NCBI RefSeq assembly: GCF_032444005.1
Contig: NC_091282.1
Location: 663,462,001 to 663,526,000, forward strand
Source of the DNA: Ranitomeya imitator
Lineage: Eukaryota
Direction: 5' to 3'
DNA: 64,000 bases
The notes under the pieces were generated by a model that saw nothing but the letters and a program-made list of their open reading frames with translations, was not told where the DNA came from and did not search any database. Below, piece after piece: positions 1 through 10,418 of the stretch (position 1 is the stretch's first letter; every line of letters starts with the position of its first letter). Made by a program: the position numbers and the translations under genes.

Positions 1-831
1 ATCATATACAAGTGTAATATAAAAGGTTTTTAGCTTACGTCATGAGCTAAGAATGAAAAAGATACAAGAAGCACATGTCCCTCAGGCTCCATCTTCTGCC
101 ATAAAACTTATAGGTAGTTACTAGAGATGAGCGGTGTTCGAGTCGAACTGTTCGCCAATTTCAAATTCGAGCTGTTTTGTGCAGTGTTCGAGTCTTTCGT
201 CGAACCCAAACAGTTTGCTTAAAATTCGTCTGTTCGAGTTTCTGTTCGATAACTGTCCGTTCACCAAAAGACTAGCTTGATTTGCACATTAAATCTGTTT
301 ATCATTGTTAATAGACTGTTTCAGTGTATAGTGGGCGGGGGATAGATCTGTGCTGAAATAACGCCGATCTCCATTTTTTTTCTTTCCCGCATTTACAGTG
401 GGGTGGAGCAGTCTCTCAGCCTATCAGCAGTGCACACACACACAGCAATGTGCATGTGATGCACACAAGCAAGGGCATGTGTCATTGGTTGTGTATGTCA
501 CATGTCCTTGCCCTATAAGAACCAGCCATTTGCCCCGTCGCCACCATTTCCTCACTGCTGCAGCTTAGTGTTAGACGGCACCGCTGCTGCTGTTGGCGCT
601 ATACAGACAGAGTGTTTTTTTGGAGTGAATTGTCAGAGAGATAGGTTTAGGGAGTCGGAAGGAGTCGGGACTAATTGTAATATCAGCCCTTTTCAGGGTA
701 GGTTATAGCCTTTCATAGCACTGTTTGCCAGGCAGGTCTGTGCCAGTGCTGTGCAAGTGTTTGTCACAGCATTTGGTGTAATCTAGCTCAGCCAATCCTT
801 TTGGGCTAGTAGCATTGTCTGATAGTCATCT

Positions 832-1445
832 GAGTAGCCCGCCTGTGAAACTAACTACACCGCCTGTGTATCTCTATTTTCACTGCATCTAATCCAGTTA
901 ATAGTTTAGGGCCTAGGAGCAGTGTCTGCACGTCAGCAGAGTAGCCCGCCTGTGAAACAAACTATACCGCCTGTGTATCTCTATTTTCACTGCATCTAAT
1001 CCAGTTAATAGTTTAGGGCCTAGGAGCAGTGTCTGCACGTCAGCAGAGTAGCCCGGCCGGGAAACAAACTATACCGCCTGTGTATCTCAATTTTCACTGC
1101 ATTTAATCCAGTTGATAGTTTTGGGCCTAGGAGCAGTGTCTGCATGTCACCAGAGTAGCCCGCCTGTGAAACTATACCGCCTCTGCATCTCAATTTTCAC
1201 TGCATCTTATCCAGTTGATAGTTTTGGGCCTAGGAGCAGTGCCTGCACGTCAGCAGAGTAGCCCGCCTGTGAAACTAACTACACCGCCTGTGTATCTCTA
1301 TTTTCACTGCATCGAATCCAGTTAATAGTTTAGGGCCTAGGAGCAGTGTCTGCACGACAGCAGAGTAGCCCGCCTGTGAAACTAACTACACCGCCTGTGT
1401 ATCTCTATTTTCACTTCATCTAATCCAGTTAATAGTTTTGGGCCC
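832..1445 (+). repeat. Subterminal tandem array of the hAT element, ~105-108-bp unit, ~6 copies
   Basis: Recurring GAGTAGCCCGCCTGTGAAACTAACTACACCGCCTGTGTATCTCTATTTTCACTGCATCTAATCCAG unit. Confidence 0.9.
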
Positions 1446-1544
1446 AGTGCCACAGTTTGGTAACTCAGTTCTGCTCGGTTTTCATCCATCGGTTGTTGTG
1501 TCAACAACTACAGATACAGAGTTGCCAATTAGTTAAGCACTAAA

Positions 1545-4500
1545 ATGAGTGGCAAAAGGCCTGCTGCTGGTGGAAAGGGGAATAGGCGCGTTGGAAAGGG
1601 AAACAAAAGGTTGTGTCCATGGGGTAGGTGGTAAAGCAACAGTAACATCTGCAGAAGAAAGACCATCTTCAAGCCAAAGTAAGATGTCTACTTCTTTTCA
1701 TGGACAATCTGATATGATCCCTTTCTTATGACCATCGCTTCAAGCATGGCCAAAAATTCCAGATGAGGCACAAAAACAGCAGGTGCTTGAACGGATATCA
1801 AGTGCTCGTTCAAGTGGGCTCTCCTCCATGTCAACTTCAACATCACAACTACTCCCGTCCTCAGAGTTGTCACCCCAATCGCATTTGCTTCCTCACAGCT
1901 CCCAAGTCTCCAACTGCCCATCTGAGCATGGGGTAACACACACAGTTGAGTCTGTAGAGCTGTTTACGCATACTGTAGCCTGGGAATCAGAGGTCTGCTC
2001 TAGAGCTTCTGTGAATCCAGACGAGGAAATGATCTGCACTGATGCCCAGAATCTTTGTGAGTCGGACCCAAGCCCAGATGAAGAAGGTTCTGAGCATAAT
2101 GTAGACCCTCATTCCCAAATTGTAAATCCTGTTGGTAGAGAGAATGAGCAAGATGATGATGAGACTGAGATACCTTCGGTCGGGGCAGGAAGAGGTTGGC
2201 TCTGAGGACGACGGGTGTGAGAACACACAGGATGATGATGACGAGGTTGTAGACCCCACTTACTGTCAACATCCAGTCCGCCAGTCCATGAGGTCAACGT
2301 AGGAGGTTGAGGAGGATGCTAGTGACGAGTCTGACGATGAGGTAACGGTGCGCCTTCATGGACAGAGACAGAGTACTGGAAGCACATCAACAACTGCATC
2401 CTCAACCCCAACTGTGCCTCAGACCAGAAGTCGTGGTGGCTCTTCAGGTCGCACGGGCTCTAAGCCTTGCATAGCCTGGGCATTTTTCTACTTCACAAAG
2501 GATGACCCAACTCATGTTGTCTGTAAGATTTGTCAACAAAATCTCAGTACAGGCCAAAAAATCACTAGATTGAGTACTTCATGCATGTGCCGTCACATGG
2601 ATATGAGGCATAAGTTGCAGTGGGAAGCTCACTGTACTATAATGCGGACTAGTGGGCCAGGTCAACCACTGTCTGCCCCATCAAGTGCATCAGCGTCCTC
2701 TTCATCCTCTGTGACTGTGGGGACAGCAGTCGCACATGGTTTTGGACGCAGAAATTACACCTTTTTACCCGCAACAGCCAGTGTGATTGGCTCCGACATC
2801 GACACCACCTTTTGATCAAGGCAACATAACACCTGCACCTTCCTCACAGACCAGCAGTTTGCCAGGGACACCCTACTCAACTCCATCTAGGCACGGCAGC
2901 CAGCCCTCAGTCCCTCAGATGTGGACAAGTAAAAGACCATTTCCTCCTAGCCATGACAAAGCTAAGAGGTTGAATTTCTCCATCAGCAAGCTGTTGGCTA
3001 CAGAAATGCTGCCTTTCCGCCTGGTGGACACAGAGGATTTTCGAGACTTTATGTCTATCGCAGTGCCTCAGTAGCAGATGCCTAGTCGCCACTACTTCTC
3101 AAAGAAAGCTGTGCCTGCGCTACACCAGCATGTCACACACAACATCACCGCTTCCTTGAGAAACTCTGTGTGTGACAGGGTGCATTTCACCACAGACACT
3201 TGGATGAGTAGACATGGACAGGGGCGTTACATGTCGGTGACTGGGCACTGGGTAACTACGGCGACATCAGGAGAAGGGGCTGCTGTCCAAGTCTTGCCAT
3301 CCCCACAAGTTGCTCATTGATCCTCTGTATCTAGAAGTTCCTCCGCTGCTTCTGCCTCCTCAACCTCCTCTCGGTCCTCCACCTGCACCCAAAGCCTGTC
3401 TGGTAATGCCACCCGCATTGTAACTGCGCAGAAGGAATCCTGCACACTTCCTCACTATGCTGTCACGAGGGCTCAACGGCATCAGGCAGTGTTTACATTG
3501 AAATGTCTGGGAAATGTGAGTCACACAGCTGAGGCGTTGTAGTCAGCTCTGCAGACCGAGTTCCATCAATGGTTGTCTCCACTCAACCTGCAGCCAGGGA
3601 AGGCTGTGTGCGACAATGCTGCAAACCTGGGTGTGGCCCTTCGCCAGGGCAATGTCACACACATGCCTTGTATGGCTCACGTTTTGAACCTGGTTGTCCA
3701 GCAATTTTTATCCCACTATCCTGGACTAAATGGGCTTCTGCAGAGGGCAAGGTTGCTGTGTGCTCACTTCCGCCGTTCGCATCCCGCAGCTCGACGACTT
3801 GCATCTCTACAGAAGTCGTTGGGCCTGCCAGTTCACCAGCTGAAATGCGATGTGCCCACACGGTGGAATTCAACTCTGCACATGTTGCAGTGACTGTGGC
3901 AGCACCAACGAGCCCTGGTGCAATACGTTATGACATATAGCCTGGGCCAACGAGATCAAGAGGTGGGGCAAATCACGCTGCAGGAGTGGTCTCAGATCAG
4001 GGACCTATGCACCCTTCTGCACAGTTTTGAAATAGCAACAAAGATGTTTAGTGCTGACGATGCAATTATCAGCATGACCATTCCGGTGATTTACATGCTG
4101 GAGCACACCTTACACAGTATTCGGAGTCAAGTGGTGGAACAAGAGGTGGAGGAGGAACAGGAGGAGTCGCATGCGGAAGGGATCATATCTCCAAGGTCAA
4201 GAAGGTTGGCAGCACCAAGGCGGCTGGCATTGGAGGCTGGGGGAGAGGGATTACCGAGGGCGCATGGTAGCAGCCAAACTGTTGAGGAAGGTGCAGGAGG
4301 CGAGGAAGAAGTGGAGGACGAACTGGCACTGGGCATGGAAGACTCATCAGATGAGGGATACCTTGATCAAATTTCTGTTGTGCGAGGTTGGGGGTAGAGG
4401 ACAGATGAAGGAAGCATGATTCTCACATCGCCACCACCAAGACAGCAAGGACTTGGTCCTCCTGGATGCGCAAGACACATGAGTGCCTTCTTGCTGCACT

Positions 4501-5155
4501 ACCTGCAACATGACCCTCGGATTGTCAGAATCCGAAGTAATGCCGACTACTGGGTTGTCACACTCTTAGATCCCTGGTACAAAAGCAAATTTGGTGAAAT
4601 AATTCCTGCCATAGAAAGGGATTCACGCATGCAGGAGTATCAGCAGAGACTGTTACAGAATCTATCATCTGCTTTTCCACAAAATACCAGTGGTGCACGT
4701 AATGAATCTCTGAGTTCCAACTTGTCAACCGTGGGACTATCGAGTCATCACTCAAACCATAACAGTAACATCGTATCTGGTGGTAACAGCAATTTTTTCC
4801 AATCGTTTTAAGATTTTTTTTAGACCATCCTTGGCAAGGCCACAGGAGACAAGAAGTCTGACGCACAGCCAACGCCTAGAGAGGATGGTACAAGAGTATC
4901 TCCAAGTTAACATCGATGCCATGACTGTGGAATCTTGAAAAACGGCCTGAGCTAGCCACTCATGCCTTGGAGATCTTGTCATTCCACTCAGCCAGCGTTC
5001 TTTCTGAACGTGTGTTCAGCGCTGCTGGTGGTATGCTGACAGATAAGCGCACGCGACTGTCCAGTGACAATGTAGACAGACTAACGTTCATCAAGATGAA
5101 CAAATCCTGGATCCGCAAGGACTTTTCTACCCCTGTGTCATCTTGGAGAGACTAA
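1545..5155 (+). pseudogene. hAT transposase pseudogene with several stops and frameshifts
   Basis: BED finger WAFF..VVCKICQQNL..CMCRHMDMRH (ORF 2348). VHFTTDTW (ORF 3078). VCDNAANL, CMAHVLNLVV and DVPTRWNST (ORF 3573). C-terminal dimerization motif SVLSERVFSAAG..KRTRLSSDNVDRLTFIKMN (ORF 4967). Confidence 0.93.
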
Positions 5156-5399
5156 AAGCTTGATGATTTTTGAAAATCACCTCACCAACCGTTTTAAAAA
5201 ACTCTGGCGAAATTGATGCCACTTAGGTGGTGTCTGTGGCCGAATTTTTGGAAAAAATGGAGACTCTTTATTGAGTCCCCTTGCTGTGTTTTTCTTGATG
5301 TTGCCATCGTCAATTCCAGGTTAGTGGGGTCGTCTGCAGAGTTGTTTACTCATACTATGGCCTGGGATTCAGAGGTCTGCTCCAAAGCTTCAGTGCCTG

Positions 5400-5943
5400 C
5401 TAGGCAGCAGAGTAGCCCAGCCACCCACCACCTGTTTACCTAAGTACTATTGTGTAACGGCATCTAGCCCAGGAAATCTTTTTGGGCCTAGAAGAATTTA
5501 GTGCTACTCAGCAGCGTACCCAACCCATGAAGCAAGCTACACCGCCTGTTTACCTAACTACTATTCTGTAACGGCATCTAGCCCACAAAATCCTTTTGGG
5601 CCTATTAGAATTTGGTGCTACTCAGCAGCGTACTTCACCCATGAAGCAAGCTACACCGCCTGTTTACCTAACTACAATTTTTTTACGGCATCTAGCCCAG
5701 GAAATCCTTTTGGTCCTAGTAGAATTTAGTGCTACTCAGCAGCGTACCCCAACCATGAAGCAAGCTACACCGTCTGTTTACCTAAGTATTTTTTTGTAAC
5801 GACATCTAGCCCAGGAAATCCTTTTGGGCCTAATAGAATTTGGTGCTACTCAGCAGTGTACTTCACCCATGAAGCAAGCTACACCGCCTGTTGATCTAAT
5901 TACAAATTTTTAACTGCATCTAGTCCAGGAAATTGTTTTGTAC
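5400..5943 (+). repeat. 3' subterminal tandem array of the hAT element (~114-bp unit), left part, split by the ERV
   Basis: Recurring CATGAAGCAAGCTACACCGCCTGTTTACCTAA...GGCATCTAGCCCAGGAAATCCTTTTGGGCCTAG unit. Confidence 0.9.
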
Positions 5944-6346
5944 TGTCGGGATCACACTCAGTCGGAGCAGCCTTTGGAAGTGGGGATTCACCAGAAATAA
6001 TACACAAGACACGTCTTGTATAGTGTATCACTGGGAAGTCTCTGATGCACGCCTGCCTTCAGAGTGCTATCCCTTCTTTATATAGCTGTTTCAGTAGGTT
6101 TAGTGGTTATACAAGTTTTGCATGTTTAAACAAAGAGACAAAACAGGAAAGAAAGAAAAGAAAAGAAAACAGTTTCGTGGGCGGCAGTTTCACAACAAAC
6201 AGTACAAAGGCAATTCCACAGACAGGAAAAACAGGATTTCATACTATAGCTAAAATGTCCTTGAATGGACAGGTCAATATTTATCACAAATTCTTTTTTT
6301 TTTATTTTTGTTCATTGAGGTAATCATTTTTGTTCTGCTCTTCACA
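5944..6346 (-). repeat. ERV 3' LTR (403 bp)
   Basis: Copy of 12566-12968, preceded on the minus strand by the polypurine tract AAAGGGGGGAT (6347-6357). Confidence 0.96.
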
Positions 6347-6453
6347 ATCCCCCCTTTGACATATTCCATTCAAAACCTTGTCGATCATTTTAGTCATTCT
6401 TTTTGTGATATTACAAAAAAAAACTTTATATTCTCGCATCCATTACACAAAAT

Positions 6454-6894
6454 TTATTTGTGCATACCGAGATACCCTTGAGTACAACCTTGAACAATAC
6501 ATATATAATTACAATAACCATAACTGTATGTATTAGGCTTTGCATAATCCCGGTAACCCACCCACCGATCCCTCTGAACCAATTGGCCGGGTTGGTTGTT
6601 GGCCAGGTTGTCTGAACAATTAGGCCAAGCGAATATTTCTTCAGCTGACACGGGAACTGCTAGAAAAGGTATACTTGTGGCTGATACTGGTGAATGGGTA
6701 CAGATCCAACAATCTGCCAGGGGTTGCGTATTATTTAACAAGTCATGCACTAATTTTCTATGATGTTGTACGAATCTATTGTTCAAAGGGGCTAGAGAAT
6801 TCAGTCTTTCCCATGCCTCCGTTGAGGTTAACATTATTAACATCAATATCATGAGTCTTATACTGCTTTTTTGCAATGGCTTGCATGTATCCAT
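6454..6894 (-). CDS. env: Internally deleted env: signal peptide plus SU N-terminus, 146 aa, no in-frame membrane anchor
   Basis: Overlaps the end of pol; hydrophobic signal IRLMILMLIMLTSTEA; gamma-type CWIC motif. The TM remnant NPANWFRGIGGWVTG..VMVIVIIYVLFKVVL lies in another frame at about 6426-6596. Confidence 0.85.
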   Translation of the reverse strand: MDTCKPLQKSSIRLMILMLIMLTSTEAWERLNSLAPLNNRFVQHHRKLVHDLLNNTQPLADCWICTHSPVSATSIPFLAVPVSAEEIFAWPNCSDNLANNQPGQLVQRDRWVGYRDYAKPNTYSYGYCNYICIVQGCTQGYLGMHK

Positions 6895-9800
6895 GATGCC
6901 TTTCCTTCAAGCTTGACTGCTGTTGGAGTTGTTAACAGGACTTGGAAAGGTCCGTCAAATCTCGGTTCCAGAGTCTTTCTGGTGTGTCTTTTCACGTAGA
7001 CTTGATCACCAGGTTCCAACTTGTGGCCTCCTTCGAGATTTTCTGGATCTGGAAGGGAAGCAAAAACTTGCGAATGCACTTTAGTTAAACGTTTTTGTAA
7101 TTCTTGTACATAAGCAGTTAAAGTCTCAGTATTCAACATCAGTTGTTGTGGAAAATAACAACCCAAATTTGCTGCTCTACCAAAAAGAATCTCATGTGGT
7201 GACAGCTTAGCCTTCCCCCTTGGGGTGTTTCGGATGGAATACAGGGCAAGTGGTAGACACTCGGTCCAAGGCTTTCCTGTTTCTGCCATGGCCTTCTGGA
7301 TTTTTAATTTTATTGTCCCATTTAATCTTTCCACTTTACCTGAACTCTGTGGATGATATGGAGTGTGAAACTGGTTTTCTACTCCCAACATTTTCATAAC
7401 ATTCTGGAATATTTCCCCAGTAAAATGGGTACCTCTATCTGACTCGATCACCTCAGGCATGCCGTAACGGGGTATCAGTTCATGTGCTATTTTAATGGCA
7501 GTAGTTTTTGCTGAGGCTTTACGAACTGGATAAGCCTCTGGCCACCCTGAGAACATGTCCACACACACAAGCACATATTCGTATCCATTGTACCTAGGAA
7601 GTTGGATGTAGTCGATCTGGAGTCTTTGAAAGGGATACAGTGGTCTTACATGATGCTTGGTTGGGGTTTTAATGGCCTGACCTGGATTGTGTGCCAGGCA
7701 TATAGCGCATGCAGCACACATGTTCCGAGCAAAATTACCAAAACCTGGAGCCAACCACCTTTCTTTTACCTTGAGCGTCATACCATTTGCCGACACATGC
7801 GTGGGTAGGTGGAGGTCACTTGCCACTGCGGGGTACCAGGCTCTGGGTAAACACAACAAAGTTCCTTTTTTCCATAATCCTTGCTGACCTTCTGCCCCTT
7901 TTTTCTGCCACTGCCCTCGTTCTTCGTCGTCTACCTGTTTCTGAGCTTCCTTCAATCTTTCCTCATCATCTTCAGAGCTATCTAGTGTGTGGGCATGATG
8001 TAAGGGTTTACGTGCTGCCTGTTTTGCTGCCTTATCGGCTTTATCGTTACCCCTGGCTTCCTCGGTGTTGAGTCTCACATGTGCAGCTACCTTTATCACC
8101 GCTATTTCTTTAGTTTCTTGTGCTGCCTCCAGAATCTGTCTAATGAGGGAGGCATGTTTAACAGGTTGGCCTGAAGCAGTCATATAACCTCTGGCTCTCC
8201 ATATTACGCCAAAATCGAAAATAATGCCATGTGCATATCTAGAATCAGTGTATATGTTTGCTGTCTGATCTTTGGCTATTTTTAGAGCTTCAACTAATGC
8301 CGTAAGTTCTGCTTCTTGTGCAGACTGATTAGCAGGGAGAGGTTCTGCTTTCAGCACTTCATGCTGAGTTACTACCGCATAACCTGTATGAAATTGTCCA
8401 TTCATATCTGCATATCTACTGCCATCTATGAAAAGTTCAAATGTAGCATTACAGAGTGGCTTGTCACGTACATTACATAAGCCCTGAGTCTCTTGTTCCA
8501 TTAATTGTACACAATCATGCATTGACTTTGATGGGTCAAAGGAGTTGGAGAGTGCAGTTGCAGTTTCCTCAGGTATGGTACCCCCCTCAGACTCTAAAGG
8601 GAGCAAAGACGCGAGATTAAGAGTCTGAATCCTGGCAAAGGAAATGTTGGGCGGCAGTAGTAGGGAACATTGGAGACGGAGGTGTCTGGCCATTGAAATA
8701 TGTTTAGGTTGGACCTGGTTAAGAATGCCATGTACATCATGAGTGGTCTGAACTAGAAGTGGGTGATCAAGAACAATCTCAGAAGCTTTATCTAATAACA
8801 GTGAAATTGCGGCTACTACTCTTACACAAGAAGGTGCGGCTCTAGCTACAGGGTCCAGATGAGCTGATATGTATGCCACAGGTCTCTGTTTGTTTCCATG
8901 TTTTTGTGTGAGCACCCCTGTAGCATGTGAGGATATCTCAGCTGCCATCAATTGAAAAGGTTTAGTGTAGTCTGGGAGTCCCAAAGCCGGAGCTGATACC
9001 AGTGCTGTTTTCAAAGAGGAAAATGACTGTTTAGCCTCTTCACTGAGTGAATATGGTGTGTTGGCAATACAGTCATATAAAGGCTGCATGAGTTGACTTG
9101 CATGTATGATCCACTGTCTACAGTGTGAAACAATACCTAGGAAAGCACGCAGCTGTTTGTGATTCCTGGGTTCAAGCATGTTACGTATGGCTTCCGTACG
9201 TTGAGGTGTGAGGTGTCTGATGCCCTGTGATATGCAGTGACCTAAAAACACGACTGTTTGTTGACAAGCCTGGAGTTTCTGTCTATTTACTTTACAGCCT
9301 TCTTGCGCTAGGAAAATTAAGAAATTAACAGTTGAGGTAACTGCCGTTTGTTCATCAGGGCAACAAATAAGTAAGTCATCTACATACTGTAGAATGACTA
9401 CTCCTGGTTCTGGGATGAAATTTTTTAGCACGGTCTGCATTGCTTCAGAGTACAAAGTTGGTGAGTGTACCATACCTTGTGGCAATCTTGTCCATGCTAA
9501 TTGTTTACCCTTGAATGTAAAGGCAAACAAATGCCAACAGTTCTTATGTAGTGGCACAGAAAAAAATGCGTTTGATAAGTCAATTACCGTAAAATATGCA
9601 GCAGTGCTGGGAATTTGAGACAGTAAGGTATGAGGATTCGGTACCACAGGGGTGACCGGTGCCAAAACCTTATTGATTTCCCGTAAGTCGTGCACCATGC
9701 GATATTTCACCATAGTTTCTTTGGAGGACACTTTCTTTTTAACAGGATATAAGGGTGTATTGGCGGGTGACCTGATTTCTACCAAAACACCTTGTAACAC

Positions 9801-10409
9801 ATAATCCTGAATTTGTTGAGAAATCGCCTGTTCTTGCTGGGCGCTGATGGGGTATTGCCTAAGCTGAGGTAATATGGTTCCCGGGGCAGTTTCTAACAGT
9901 ATAGGAGCTACTGATAAAAATCCTACATCAGTGTCTCCTTTTGCCCATAGGCTGTCAGGAACCTTAGACAAGTCAATTTTTGCTTGTTGAGTGTAAATTT
10001 CGGGAAAATCCTCCATTGCCTGTATTCTAACATATGGTTCCAGAGTTTCTGCATCTTCAGGGATGGTCAGCATAACTGTGCCATCTTCTCTAAAATGGAT
10101 GTTTGCATGCATTTTACTTAAGACATCAGTACCCAACAAGCAGGTAGGTGCACCTTTAGCAAATAAAAATTTGGATACAAAAGTTTTAGGGCCAAAGCTC
10201 ACATTTAAAGGTTTTGTAAAGGGCAACGCCTGAATTTTACCATCATACCCTTCTGCATATGTAACCTTTGAGGATATATTGTCAGGATATGGTAAAAAGT
10301 CCTGATTTAAAATGGAGGATGTTGCTCCCGTATCTATCAGAAAAGGTACATTTTTACCCTCAACTTCAACTTGTATTATTGGTCTTCTAGAAGGAAGAGA
10401 GACCTGCAT
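6858..10409 (-). CDS. pol: ERV Pro-Pol (protease, RT, RNase H, integrase), intact 1183 aa, in frame with gag
   Basis: Protease FLIDTGAT. RT LPQGMVHSP and YVDDLL. RNase H FIDGS/AQEAELTAL/YTDSRY. Integrase HHCC, QIDY, ESDRGTHF, SSGKVERLN and GPF. Confidence 0.97.
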   Translation of the reverse strand: MQVSLPSRRPIIQVEVEGKNVPFLIDTGATSSILNQDFLPYPDNISSKVTYAEGYDGKIQALPFTKPLNVSFGPKTFVSKFLFAKGAPTCLLGTDVLSKMHANIHFREDGTVMLTIPEDAETLEPYVRIQAMEDFPEIYTQQAKIDLSKVPDSLWAKGDTDVGFLSVAPILLETAPGTILPQLRQYPISAQQEQAISQQIQDYVLQGVLVEIRSPANTPLYPVKKKVSSKETMVKYRMVHDLREINKVLAPVTPVVPNPHTLLSQIPSTAAYFTVIDLSNAFFSVPLHKNCWHLFAFTFKGKQLAWTRLPQGMVHSPTLYSEAMQTVLKNFIPEPGVVILQYVDDLLICCPDEQTAVTSTVNFLIFLAQEGCKVNRQKLQACQQTVVFLGHCISQGIRHLTPQRTEAIRNMLEPRNHKQLRAFLGIVSHCRQWIIHASQLMQPLYDCIANTPYSLSEEAKQSFSSLKTALVSAPALGLPDYTKPFQLMAAEISSHATGVLTQKHGNKQRPVAYISAHLDPVARAAPSCVRVVAAISLLLDKASEIVLDHPLLVQTTHDVHGILNQVQPKHISMARHLRLQCSLLLPPNISFARIQTLNLASLLPLESEGGTIPEETATALSNSFDPSKSMHDCVQLMEQETQGLCNVRDKPLCNATFELFIDGSRYADMNGQFHTGYAVVTQHEVLKAEPLPANQSAQEAELTALVEALKIAKDQTANIYTDSRYAHGIIFDFGVIWRARGYMTASGQPVKHASLIRQILEAAQETKEIAVIKVAAHVRLNTEEARGNDKADKAAKQAARKPLHHAHTLDSSEDDEERLKEAQKQVDDEERGQWQKKGAEGQQGLWKKGTLLCLPRAWYPAVASDLHLPTHVSANGMTLKVKERWLAPGFGNFARNMCAACAICLAHNPGQAIKTPTKHHVRPLYPFQRLQIDYIQLPRYNGYEYVLVCVDMFSGWPEAYPVRKASAKTTAIKIAHELIPRYGMPEVIESDRGTHFTGEIFQNVMKMLGVENQFHTPYHPQSSGKVERLNGTIKLKIQKAMAETGKPWTECLPLALYSIRNTPRGKAKLSPHEILFGRAANLGCYFPQQLMLNTETLTAYVQELQKRLTKVHSQVFASLPDPENLEGGHKLEPGDQVYVKRHTRKTLEPRFDGPFQVLLTTPTAVKLEGKASWIHASHCKKAV

Positions 10410-10418
10410 AACTTTCAG

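Noticed and set aside
6045-6323. Duplicated 92-aa ORF (also 12667-12945)
   Set aside because: It is an antisense reading of the two ERV LTRs, low complexity, with no recognisable domain
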